Positions 10,844 through 25,007 of a stretch of DNA of 64,000 nucleotides are shown here, in pieces. Location: assembly GCF_009914755.1 (NCBI RefSeq), contig NC_060948.1; one strand, 5' to 3'. The position numbers and the translations under genes are program-made. Source of the DNA: the human T2T-CHM13v2.0 reference genome, Homo sapiens. Positions within the stretch are counted from its first letter, which is position 1. The number at the start of each line of letters is the position of its first letter. The notes under the pieces are model-generated. The model saw nothing but the letters and a program-made list of their open reading frames with translations, made no database searches and had not been told where the DNA came from.

Positions 10844-13800
10844 ATGGAGGGTTATGGAACGGACTCCAAAGGAATTGAATGTAATAGAATGGAGTGGAGT
10901 GGACTCGAATATAATGGACTGGAATGGAATGGAAACACATGGAATGGGAACGAATGGAATGGAATGGAATGGAATGGAATCGAATGGAAAGGAATCAAAT
11001 GGAAGGGAATGAAATTGAATCAACAGGAATGGAAGGGAATAGAATAGACTGTAATGGAATGGACTCGAATAGAATGGACACGAATGCTCAAATTGGATGG
11101 ACTCGAATGGAATGGAAACGAAAGGAATGTCATCGAATGGAATTGAATCGATTGGAATGAAATGGCATAGAATGGAGTGGAATGAAATGGAATTGAATCG
11201 AAAGGAAAGGAAGCGAATGGACTGAAATGAAATGGAATGGAATTGAATGGAAAGTAATGCAATGGAATAGAATGGAACGAAATTTCACGGAATGGAATCA
11301 AACAGAATGGAATCAAATCAATGGAATATAATCAAATGGAATGGAATGGAATGGAAAGGAATTGAATGGAATAGATTGGATAGGAAGGGATTGGAATGCA
11401 ATGGAATGGAAAGGACTCGAATTTCATGAAACGGAATGGAATGAATTGGAATGGAATGGACTCGAATGGAATGGAATGTCATGGAATGGCATCAAATGGA
11501 ATGGAATCAAATGGAATGGCATCGAATGCAATGGAATGTTATGGAATGGAATGGAATGTATTGGAATGGAATGTCCTCTAATGGAATGGATTCGAGTGGA
11601 ATGGAATCGAATATAATGAGGTCGAATGAAATGGAATTGAAAGGAATGGGATCGAATAGAATGGAATATACTGGAATGTAATGTAATGAAGTCGAATGTA
11701 ATTGACTGGAATGGAATGTGCATGAATGGAATGTAATCGAATGGAAAGTAATCCAATGAAATAGAATCTAATGCAATAAAACCGACTCAAATGGAATAGA
11801 ATGTAATGGAATGGAGTGCAGTGCAATGGAATGGAATGGAATGGAATGCAATGGAGTGGAATGGAATGGAATGGGATGGAATGGTATGGAATGGATAGTA
11901 AAGGACTGGAGTGAAATGGACTGTAAAGGAATGGACTCCAATTGAAAGGGCTCGAAAGGAATGGAGTCAAATGGAATGGTCTGGAATGGAATGAACTCGA
12001 ATGTAATGCAATCCAATAGAATGGAATCGAATGGAATGGAGTATAAAGAAATGGAATCGACGAGAATGGAAACAGATGGAATGGAATTGAAAGGAATGGA
12101 ATTGAATGGAATGGGCACGAATGGAATGAAATTGTATGGAATAGAAGAGAATAGAATGGAATGCAATGGATAAGAAAGGAATGGATTGGAATGGAAGGGA
12201 ATGTAGTGTAATGGACTGGCATGGAATAAACTGGAATGCTACGGTCTCAAATGGAATAAAAATGTATGGAATGGAATGCCATGAAATGGAATCGAATGTC
12301 ATAGAATGTAATGGAATGCAAAGAAATGGACTCCAAAATCATTGACTGGAAAGGCTGGGTGTCGAAAGGAATTGACTCCAATGGAATGGAATCGAATGGA
12401 ATGGAAGTGAATAGAATCGAACTAAATCGAATGGAATGGAATTGATAGGAACGGAATGGAAAGGAATGGAATGATTTGGCATGAAATGGAATCGAATGGA
12501 CTCGAATGGAATGGAATGGAATGCAATGGAATGGAATGTATTAGAATGTAGTGAACTTTAATGGAATGAACTCGAATGGATTCGACTGGAATGGAATGTT
12601 CTGGAAGTGAATGGACTCCAATGGAATGGATTCAAAAGGAATGGAATCGAAGGGAATGGAATCTAATGGAATGGAATGAAATGGAAAGGAATCCAATCGA
12701 ATAGCACGGAATTGAATTGAATGGAATCGAATGCAATGGAATCTAATGAAACGGAAAGGAAAGGAACGGAATGGCATGGAATGGGCTGGAATGGAATGGA
12801 ATCGAAACGAATGGAATGGAATCGAACTGAAGAGACTGGAATGGAATGCACTGGCATGGAAGGGAGTTTAATGGAAGGTTCTCGAAAAGACTGGAATGGA
12901 ATGGAATGGAATTGAATGGAACGGATATAGAGTCAAATGGAATTGAATGGAATGGAATGGAGTAGAGTGAAATGGAATCGAGTCACAAGGAATGGACAGG
13001 AATAGAACGGTCTCGAATTGAATGGAATCGTATGGAATGGAATTCAACGGAATGGAATGGACAGCCACGGAATGGAATGCACTCGAAAGCAATGGACTCG
13101 AAACTAATGGACTGGAATCGAATGGACTCGACTGGTACGGACTCCAATGGAATGGAATCGAATGGAATGGAATCGAACGGAATGGACTCGAAGTGATAAG
13201 AGTGCAATGGAAAGGTCTCGAATGGAATGGAAATTAATGGAATGGAATGGAATCGAATGAAATGGAGTCAAAAGGAATGGAATCGAATGGCAAGAAATCG
13301 AATGTAATGGAATCACAAGGAATGGATGTGAACGGAACGGAATGGAATGGAATCAAAAGGAATGGAATCGAATGGAATGGACACGAATGGAAATGACTCG
13401 AATAGAATGGAATTCAATAAAATACAATCAAATGTAATGGAATGGAATGGAAAGGAATCGAAACGAAAGGAATGGAGACAGATGGAATGGAATGGAACAG
13501 AGAGCAATGGTATATAATGGAATGGAATCATATGGAATGGAATTGAATGGAATGGAATAATATGAAATGGAATGGAAAGGAATGGAATGCACTGGAATTA
13601 AATGGACTGGAATGGAATGGACTCGAACGGAGTGGAATGGAAAGGATTGAAATAGAATGGAATGGACTCCTTTGGAATGGTCTAGTATGCAATGCAAACG
13701 ACTGGCAGGGAATCAAAAGGAATGTAATCGAATGTATTGGACTGGAATACAGTGGACTCGAATACATTGGAAACGGAATGCAATGGAATGGAATGGAATA

Positions 13801-14378
13801 GTATGGAATGGAACGGAAAGGAATGAAGTAGAATGGACTAGAGTGGAATGGAATGGACTCGAAAGCAATGGACTGGAATGGAACGATCTTGAATGGACCG
13901 GAATCAAACGGAACGGAATGCAATGCAAGGCAATGAAATGGAATGGAATAAAAGAGAATGAAAGAGAATCAAATGCAATTGAATCGAATGGAATCGAATG
14001 GATTGGAAAGGAATAGAATGGAATGGAACGGAATTGACTCAAATGGAATGGACTAGAGCGGAATGGAGTCGAATGGAAGGCAAAGGAATGGAATCTATTG
14101 GAATGGACTGTAATGGAATGGCATGGAAGGGATTGGAATGGACTCGAATGGAAAGGACTGCAATAGAAAGGATTCGAATGGAATGAAAAAGAATTGTATG
14201 GAATAGAACAGAATGGAATCAAATCGAATGAAATGGAATGGAATAGAAAGGAATGGAATGAAATGGAATGGAAAGGATTCAAATGGAATGCAATCAAATG
14301 GAATGCAATCGAATGGAATGGAATCGAACGGAATGGAATAAAATGGAAGGAAACTGGCAAGAAATGGAATCGAAATGA
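10844..14378 (+). repeat. Unit U4, 3535 bp (core subtype)
   Basis: Landmark spacing 10844 to 14379. Confidence 0.9.
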
Positions 14379-17300
14379 ATGGAGTGTTATGGAACGGACT
14401 CCAAAGGAATTGAATGTAATAGAATGGAGTGGAGTGGACTCGAATATAATGGACTGGAATGGAATGGAATCACATGGAATGGGAACGAATGGAATGGAAT
14501 GGAAAGGAATGGAATCGAATGGAAAGGAGTCAAATGGAAGGGAATGAAATTGAATCAACAGGAATGGAAGGGAATAGAATAGACTGTAATGGAATGGACT
14601 CGAATAGAATGGACACGAATGCTCAAATTGGATGGACTCGAATGGAATGGAAACGAAAGGAATGTCATCGAATGGAATTGAATCGATTGGAATGAAATGG
14701 CATAGAATGGAGTGGAATGAAATGGAATTGAATCGAAAGGAAAGGAAGCGAATGGACTGAAATGAAATGGAATGGAATTGAATGGAAAGTAATGCAATGG
14801 AATAGAATGGAACGAAATTTCACGGAATGGAATCAAACAGAATGGAATCAAATCAATGGAATATAATCAAATGGAATGGAATGGAATGGAAAGGAATTGA
14901 ATGGAATAGATTGGATAGGAAGGGGTTGGAATGCAATGGAATGGAAAGGACTCGAATTTCATGAAACGGAATGGAATGAATTGGAATGGAATGGACTCGA
15001 ATGGAATGGAATGTCATGGAATGGCATAGAATGGAATGTCATGGAATGGCATCAAATGGAATGGAATCAAATGGAATGGCATCGAATGCAATGGAATGTT
15101 ATGGAATGGAATGGAATGTATTGGAATGGAATGTCCTCTAATGGAATGGATTCGAGTGGAATGGAATCGAATATAATGGAGTCGAATGAAATGGAATTGA
15201 AAGGAATGGGATCGAATAGAATGGAATATACTGGAATGTAATGTAATGAAGTCGAATGTAATTGACTGGAATGGAATGTACATGAATGGAATGTAATCGA
15301 ATGGAAAGTAATCCAATGAAATAGAATCTAATGCAATAAAACCGACTCAAATGGAATAGAATGTAATGGAATGGAGTGCAGTGCAATGGAATGGAATGGA
15401 ATGGAATGGAATGGAGTGGAATGGAATGGAATGGGATGGAATGGTATGGAATGGATAGTAAAGGACTGGAGTGAAATGGACTGTAAAGGAATGGACTCCA
15501 ATTGAAAGGGCTCGAAAGGAATGGAGTCAAATGGAATGGTCTGGAATGGAATGAACTCGAATGTAATGCAATCCAATAGAATGGAATCGAATGGAATGGA
15601 ATATAAAGAAATGGAATCGACGAGAATGGAAACAGATGGAATGGAATTGAAAGGAATGGAATTGAATGGAATGGGCACGAATGGAATGAAATTGTATGGA
15701 ATAGAAGAGAATAGAATGGAATGCAATGGATAAGAAAGGAATGGATTGGAATGGAAGGGAATGTAGTGTAATGGACTGGCATGGAATAAACTGGAATGCT
15801 ATGGTCTCAAATGGAATAAAAATGTATGGAATGGAATGCCATGAAATGGAATCGAATGTCATAGAATGTAATGGAATGCAAAGAAATGGACTCCAAAATC
15901 ATTGACTGGAAAGGCTGGGTGTCGAAAGGAATTGACTCCAATGGAATGGAATCGAATGGAATGGAAGTGAATAGAATCGAACTAAATCGAATAGAATGGA
16001 ATTGATAGGAACGGAATGGAAAGGAATGGAATGATTTGGCATGGAATGGAATCGAATGGACTCGAATGGAATGGAATGGAATGCAATGGAATGGAATGTA
16101 TTAGAATGTAGTGAACTTTAATGGAATGAACTCGAATGGATTCGACTGGAATGGAATGTTCTGGAAGTGAATGGACTCCAATGGAATGGATTCAAAAGGA
16201 ATGGAATCGAAGGGAATGGAATCTAATGGAATGGAATGAAATGGAAAGGAATCCAATCGAATAGCACGGAATTGAATTGAATGGAATCGAATGCAATGGA
16301 ATCTAATGAAACGGAAAGGAAAGGAACGGAATGGCATGGAATGGGCTGGAATGGAATGGAATCGAGACGAATGTAATGGAATCGAACTGAAGAGACTGGA
16401 ATGGAAGGCACTGGCATGGAAGGGAGTTTAATGGAAGGTTCTCGAAAAGACTGGAATGGAATGGAATGGAATTGAATGGAACGGATATAGAGTCAAATGG
16501 AATTGAATGGAATGGAATGGAGTAGAGTGAAATGGAATCGAGTCACAAGGAATGGACAGGAATAGAACGGTCTCGAATTGAATGGAATCGTATGGAATGG
16601 AATTCAACGGAATGGAATGGACAGCCACGGAATGGAATGCACTCGAAAGCAATGGACTCGAAACTAATGGACTGGAATCGAATGGACTCGACTGGTACGG
16701 ACTCCAATGGAATGGAATCGAATGGAATTGAATCGTACGGAATGGACTCGAAGTGATAAGAGTGCAATGGAAAGGTCTCGAATGGAATGGAAATTAATGG
16801 AATGGAATGGAATCGAATGAAATGGAGTCAAAAGGAATGGAATCGAATGGCAAGAAATCGAATGTAATGGAATCACAAGGAATGGATGTGAACGGAACGG
16901 AATGGAATGGAATCAAAAGGAATGGAATCGAATGGAATGGACTCGAATGGAAATGACTCGAATAGAATGGAATTCAACAAAATAGAATCAAATGTAATGG
17001 AATGGAATGGAAAGGAATCGAAACGAAAGGAATGGAGACAGATGGAATGGAATAGAACAGAGAGCAATGGTATAGAATGGAATGGAATCATATGGAATGG
17101 AATTGAATGGAATGGAATAATATGAAATGGAATGGAAAGGAATGGAATGCACTTGAATTAAATGGACTGGAATGGAATGGACTCGAACGGAGTGGAATGG
17201 AAAGGATTGAAATAGAATGGAATGGACTCCTTTGGAATGGTCTAGTATGCAATGCAAACGACTGGCAGGGAATCAAAAGGAATGTAATCGAATGGATTGG

Positions 17301-17938
17301 ACTGGAATACAATGGACTCGAATACATTGGAAACGGAATGCAATGGAATGGAATGGAATAGTATGGAATGGAACGGAAAGGAATGAAGTAGAATGGACTA
17401 GAGTGGAATGGAATGGACTCGAAAGCAATGGACTGGAATGGAACGATCTTGAATGGACCGGAATCAAACGGAACGGAATGCAATGCAAGGCAATCAAATG
17501 GAATGGAATAAAAGAGAATGAAAGAGAATCAAATGCAATTGAATCGAATGGAATCGAATGGATTGGAAAGGAATAGAATGGAATGGAATGGAATTGACTC
17601 AAATGGAATGGACTAGAACGGAATGGAGTCGAATGGAAGGCAAAGGAATGGAATCTATTGGAATGGACTGTAATGGAATGGCATGGAAGGGATTGGAATG
17701 GACTCGAATGGAAAGGACTGCAATAGAAAGGATTCGAATGGAATGAAAAAGAATTGAATGGAATAGAACAGAATGGAATCAAATCGAATGAAATGGAATG
17801 GAATAGAAAGGAATGGAATGAAATGGAATGGAAAGGATTCAAATGGAATGCAATCAAATGGAATGCAATCGAATGGAATGGAATCGAACGGAATGGAATA
17901 AAATGGAAGGAAACTGGCAAGAAATGGAATCGAAATGA
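14379..17938 (+). repeat. Unit U5, 3560 bp (core plus 25-bp duplication)
   Basis: Landmark spacing 14379 to 17939; duplication at 15006-15055. Confidence 0.9.
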
Positions 17939-20900
17939 ATGGAGGGTTATGGAACGGACTCCAAAGGAATTGAATGTAATAGAATGGAGTGGAGTGGACT
18001 CGAATATAATGGACTGGAATGGAATGGAATCACATGGAATGGGAACGAATGGAATGGAATGGAAAGGAATGGAATCGAATGGAAAGGAATCAAATGGAAG
18101 GGAATGAAATTGAATCAACAGGAATGGAAGGGAATAGAATAGACTGTAATGGAATGGACTCGAATAGAATGGACACGAATGCTCAAATTGGATGGACTCG
18201 AATGGAATGGAAACGAAAGGAATGTCATCGAATGGAATTGAATCGATTGGAATGAAATGGCATAGAATGGAGTGGAATCAAATGGAATTGAATCGAAAGG
18301 AAAGGAAGCGAATGGACTGAAATGAAATGGAATGGAATTGAATGGAAAGTAATGCAATGGAATAGAATGGAACGAAATTTCACGGAATGGAATCAAACAG
18401 AATGGAATCAAATCAATGGAATATAATCAAATGGAATGGAATGGAATGGAAAGGAATTGAATGGAATAGATTGGATAGGAAGGGATTGGAATGCAATGGA
18501 ATGGAAAGGACTCGAATTTCATGAAACGGAATGGAATGAATTGGAATGGAATGGACTCGAATGGAATGGAATGTCATGGAATGGCATCAAATGGAATGGA
18601 ATCAAATGGAATGGCATCGAATGCAATGGAATGTTATGGAATGGAATGGAATGTATTGGAATGGAATGTCCTCTAATGGAATGGATTCGAGTGGAATGGA
18701 ATCGAATATAATGGAGTCGAATGAAATGGAATTGAAAGGAATGGGATCGAATAGAATGGAATATACTGGAATGTAATGTAATGAAGTCGAATGTAATTGA
18801 CTGGAATGGAATGTACATGAATGGAATGTAATCGAATGGAAAGTAATCCAATGAAATAGAATCTAATGCAATAAAACCGACTCAAATGGAATAGAATGTA
18901 ATGGAATGGAGTGCAGTGCAATGGAATGGAATGGAATGGAATGCAATGGAGTGGAATGGAATGGAATGGGATGGAATGGTATGGAATGGATAGTAAAGGA
19001 CTGGAGTGAAATGGACTGTAAAGGAATGGACTCCAATTGAAAGGGCTCGAAAGGAATGGAGTCAAATGGAATGGTCTGGAATGGAATGAACTCGAATGTA
19101 ATGCAATCCAATAGAATGGAATCGAATGGAATGGAATATAAAGAAATGGAATCGACGAGAATGGAAACAGATGGAATGGAATTGAAAGGAATGGAATTGA
19201 ATGGAATGGGCACGAATGGAATGAAATTGTATGGAATAGAAGAGAATAGAATGGAATGCAATGGATAAGAAAGGAATGGATTGGAATGGAAGGGAATGTA
19301 GTGTAATGGACTGGCATGGAATAAACTGGAATGCTATGGTCTCAAATGGAATAAAAATGTATGGAATGGAATGCCATGAAATGGAATCGAATGTCATAGA
19401 ATGTAATGGAATGCAAAGAAATGGACTCCAAAATCATTGACTGGAAAGGCTGGGTGTCGAAAGGAATTGACTCCAATGGAATGGAATCGAATGGAATGGA
19501 AGTGAATAGAATCGAACTAAATCGAATAGAATGGAATTGATAGGAACGGAATGGAAAGGAATGGAATGATTTGGCATGGAATGGAATCGAATGGACTCGA
19601 ATGGAATGGAATGGAATGCAATGGAATGGAATGTATTAGAATGTAGTGAACTTTAATGGAATGAACTCGAATGGATTCGACTGGAATGGAATGTTCTGGA
19701 AGTGAATGGACTCCAATGGAATGGATTCAAAAGGAATGGAATCGAAGGGAATGGAATCTAATGGAATGGAATGAAATGGAAAGGAATCCAATCGAATAGC
19801 ACGGAATTGAATTGAATGGAATCGAATGCAATGGAATCTAATGAAACGGAAAGGAAAGGAACGGAATGGCATGGAATGGGCTGGAATGGAATGGAATCGA
19901 GACGAATGTAATGGAATCGAACTGAAGAGACTGGAATGGAAGGCACTGGCATGGAAGGGAGTTTAATGGAAGGTTCTCGAAAAGACTGGAATGGAATGGA
20001 ATGGAATTGAATGGAACGGATATAGAGTCAAATGGAATTGAATGGAATGGAATGGAGTAGAGTGAAATGGAATCGAGTCACAAGGAATGGACAGGAATAG
20101 AACGGTCTCGAATTGAATGGAATCGTATGGAATGGAATTCAACGGAATGGAATGGACAGCCACGGAATGGAATGCACTCGAAAGCAATGGACTCGAAACT
20201 AATGGACTGGAATCGAATGGACTCGACTGGTACGGACTCCAATGGAATGGAATCGAATGGAATTGAATCGTACGGAATGGACTCGAAGTGATAAGAGTGC
20301 AATGGAAAGGTCTCGAATGGAATGGAAATTAATGGAATGGAATGGAATCGAATGAAATGGAGTCAAAAGGAATGGAATCGAATGGCAAGAAATCGAATGT
20401 AATGGAATCACAAGGAATGGATGTGAACGGAACGGAATGGAATGGAATCAAAAGGAATGGAATCGAATGGAATGGACTCGAATGGAAATGACTCGAATAG
20501 AATGGAATTCAACAAAATAGAATCAAATGTAATGGAATGGAATGGAAAGGAATGGAAACGAAAGGAATGGAGACAGATGGAATGGAATAGAACAGAGAGC
20601 AATGGTATAGAATGGAATGGAATCATATGGAATGGAATTGAATGGAATGGAATAATATGAAATGGAATGGAAAGGAATGGAATGCACTTGAATTAAATGG
20701 ACTGGAATGGAATGGACTCGAACGGAGTGGAATGGAAAGGATTGAAATAGAATGGAATGGACTCCTTTGGAATGGTCTAGTATGCAATGCAAACGACTGG
20801 CAGGGAATCAAAAGGAATGTAATCGAATGGATTGGACTGGAATACAATGGACTCGAATACATTGGAAACGGAATGCAATGGAATGGAATGGAATAGTATG

Positions 20901-21473
20901 GAATGGAACGGAAAGGAATGAAGTAGAATGGACTAGAGTGGAATGGAATGGACTCGAAAGCAATGGACTGGAATGGAACGATCTTGAATGGACCGGAATC
21001 AAACGGAACGGAATGCAATGCAAGGCAATCAAATGGAATGGAATAAAAGAGAATGAAAGAGAATCAAATGCAATTGAATCGAATGGAATCGAATGGATTG
21101 GAAAGGAATAGAATGGAATGGAATGGAATTGACTCAAATGGAATGGACTAGAACGGAATGGAGTCGAATGGAAGGCAAAGGAATGGAATCTATTGGAATG
21201 GACTGTAATGGAATGGCATGGAAGGGATTGGAATGGACTCGAATGGAAAGGACTGCAATAGAAAGGATTCGAATGGAATGAAAAAGAATTGAATGGAATA
21301 GAACAGAATGGAATCAAATCGAATGAAATGGAATGGAATAGAAAGGAATGGAATGAAATGGAATGGAAAGGATTCAAATGGAATGCAATCAAATGGAATG
21401 CAATCGAATGCAATGGAATCGAACGGAATGGAATAAAATGGAAGGAAACTGGCAAGAAATGGAATCGAAATGA
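17939..21473 (+). repeat. Unit U6, 3535 bp
   Basis: Landmark spacing 17939 to 21474. Confidence 0.9.
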
Positions 21474-24400
21474 ATGGAGGGTTATGGAACGGACTCCAAA
21501 GGAATTGAATGTAATAGAATGGAGTGGAGTGGACTCGAATATAATGGACTGGAATGGAATGGAAACACATGGAATGGGAACGAATGGAATGGAATGGAAT
21601 GGAATGGAATCGAATGGAAAGGAATCAAATGGAAGGGAATGAAATTGAATCAACAGGAATGGAAGGGAATAGAATAGACTGTAATGGAATGGACTCGAAT
21701 AGAATGGACACGAATGCTCAAATTGGATGGACTCGAATGGAATGGAAACGAAAGGAATGTCATCGAATGGAATTGAATCGATTGGAATGAAATGGCATAG
21801 AATGGAGTGGAATGAAATGGAATTGAATCGAAAGGAAAGGAAGCGAATGGACTGAAATGAAATGGAATGGAATTGAATGGAAAGTAATGCAATGGAATAG
21901 AATGGAACGAAATTTCACGGAATGGAATCAAACAGAATGGAATCAAATCAATGGAATATAATCAAATGGAATGGAATGGAATGGAAAGGAATTGAATGGA
22001 ATAGATTGGATAGGAAGGGATTGGAATGCAATGGAATGGAAAGGACTCGAATTTCATGAAACGGAATGGAATGAATTGGAATGGAATGGACTCGAATGGA
22101 ATGGAATGTCATGGAATGGCATCAAATGGAATGGAATCAAATGGAATGGCATCGAATGCAATGGAATGTTATGGAATGGAATGGAATGTATTGGAATGGA
22201 ATGTCCTCTAATGGAATGGATTCGAGTGGAATGGAATCGAATATAATGAGGTCGAATGAAATGGAATTGAAAGGAATGGGATCGAATAGAATGGAATATA
22301 CTGGAATGTAATGTAATGAAGTCGAATGTAATTGACTGGAATGGAATGTGCATGAATGGAATGTAATCGAATGGAAAGTAATCCAATGAAATAGAATCTA
22401 ATGCAATAAAACCGACTCAAATGGAATAGAATGTAATGGAATGGAGTGCAGTGCAATGGAATGGAATGGAATGGAATGCAATGGAGTGGAATGGAATGGA
22501 ATGGGATGGAATGGTATGGAATGGATAGTAAAGGACTGGAGTGAAATGGACTGTAAAGGAATGGACTCCAATTGAAAGGGCTCAAAAGGAATGGAGTCAA
22601 ATGGAATGGTCTGGAATGGAATGAACTCGAATGTAATGCAATCCAATAGAATGGAATCGAATGGAATGGAATATAAAGAAATGGAATCGACGAGAATGGA
22701 AACAGATGGAATGGAATTGAAAGGAATGGAATTGAATGGAATGGGCACGAATGGAATGAAATTGTATGGAATAGAAGAGAATAGAATGGAATGCAATGGA
22801 TAAGAAAGGAATGGATTGGAATGGAAGGGAATGTAGTGTAATGGACTGGCATGGAATAAACTGGAATGCTACGGTCTCAAATGGAATAAAAATGTATGGA
22901 ATGGAATGCCATGAAACGGAATCGAATGTCATAGAATGTAATGGAATGCAAAGAAATGGACTCCAAAATCATTGACTGGAAAGGCTGGGTGTCGAAAGGA
23001 ATTGACTCCAATGGAATGGAATCGAATGGAATGGAAGTGAATAGAATCGAACTAAATCGAATGGAATGGAATTGATAGGAACGGAATGGAAAGGAATGGA
23101 ATGATTTGGCATGGAATGGAATCGAATGGACTCGAATGGAATGGAATGGAATGCAATGGAATGGAATGTATTAGAATGTAGTGAACTTTAATGGAATGAA
23201 CTCGAATGGATTCGACTGGAATGGAATGTTCTGGAAGTGAATGGACTCCAATGGAATGGATTCAAAAGGAATGGAATCGAAGGGAATGGAATCTAATGGA
23301 ATGGAATGAAATGGAAAGGAATCCAATCGAATAGCACGGAATTGAATTGAATGGAATCGAATGCAATGGAATCTAATGAAACGGAAAGGAAAGGAACGGA
23401 ATGGCATGGAATGGGCTGGAATGGAATGGAATCGAAACGAATGGAATGGAATCGAACTGAAGAGACTGGAATGGAATGCACTGGCATGGAAGGGAGTTTA
23501 ATGGAAGGTTCTCGAAAAGACTGGAAACGAATGGAATGGAATTGAATGGAACGGATATAGAGTCAAATGGAATTGAATGGAATGGAATGGAGTAGAGTGA
23601 AATGGAATCGAGTCACAAGGAATGGACAGGAATAGAACGGTCTCGAATTGAATGGAATCGTATGGAATGGAATTCAACGGAATGGAATGGACAGCCACGG
23701 AATGGAATGCACTCGAATGCAATGGACTCGAAACTAATGGACTGGAATCGAATGGACTCGACTGGTACGGACTCCAATGGAATGGAATCGAATGGAATGG
23801 AATCGAACGGAATGGACTCGAAGTGATAAGAGTGCAATGGAAAGGTCTCGAATGGAATGGAAATTAATGGAATGGAATGGAATCGAATGAAATGGAGTCA
23901 AAAGGAATGGAATCGAATGGCAAGAAATCGAATGTAATGGAATCACAAGGAATGGATGTGAACGGAACGGAATGGAATGGAATCAAAGGAATGGAATCGA
24001 ATGGAATGGACTCGAATGGAAATGACTCGAATAGAATGGAATTCAACAAAATAGAATCAAATGTAATGGAATGGAATGGAAAGGAATCGAAACGAAAGGA
24101 ATGGAGACAGATGGAATGGAATGGAACAGAGAGCAATGGTATAGAATGGAATGGAATCATATGGAATGGAATTGAATGGAATGGAATAATATGAAATGGA
24201 ATGGAAAGGAATGGAATGCACTTGAATTAAATGGACTGGAATGGAATGGACTCGAACGGAGTGGAATGGAAAGGATTGAAATAGAATGGAATGGACTCCT
24301 TTGGAATCGTCTAGTATGCAATGCAAACGACTGGCAGGGAATCAAAAGGAATGTAATCGAATGGATTGGACTGGAATACAATGGACTCGAATACGTTGGA

Positions 24401-25007
24401 AACGGAATGCAATGGAATGGAATGGAATAGTATGGAATGGAACGGAAAGGAATGAAGTAGAATGGACTAGAGTGGAATGGAATGGACTCGAAAGCAATGG
24501 ACTGGAATGGAACGATCTTGAATGGACCGGAATCAAACGGAACGGAATGCAATGCAAGGCAATCAAATGGAATGGAATAAAAGAGAATGAAAGAGAATCA
24601 AATGCAATTGAATCGAATGGAATCGAATGGATTGGAAAGGAATAGAATGGAATGGAATGGAATTGACTCAAATGGAATGGACTAGAACGGAATGGAGTCG
24701 AATGGAAGGCAAAGGAATGGAATCTATTGGAATGGACTGTAATGGAATGGCATGGAAGGGATTGGAATGGACTCGAATGGAAAGGACTGCAATAGAAAGG
24801 ATTCGAATGGAATGAAAAAGAATTGAATGGAATAGAACAGAATGGAATCAAATCGAATGAAATGGAATGGAATAGAAAGGAATGGAATGAAATGGAATGG
24901 AAAGGATTCAAATGGAATGCAATCAAATGGAATGCAATCGAATGGAATGGAATCGAACGGAATGGAATAAAATGGAAGGAAACTGGCAAGAAATGGAATC
25001 GAAATGA
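21474..25007 (+). repeat. Unit U7, 3534 bp (1-bp deletion near 23985)
   Basis: Landmark spacing 21474 to 25008; aatcaaagga replaces aatcaaaagga at 23981-23990. Confidence 0.9.
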
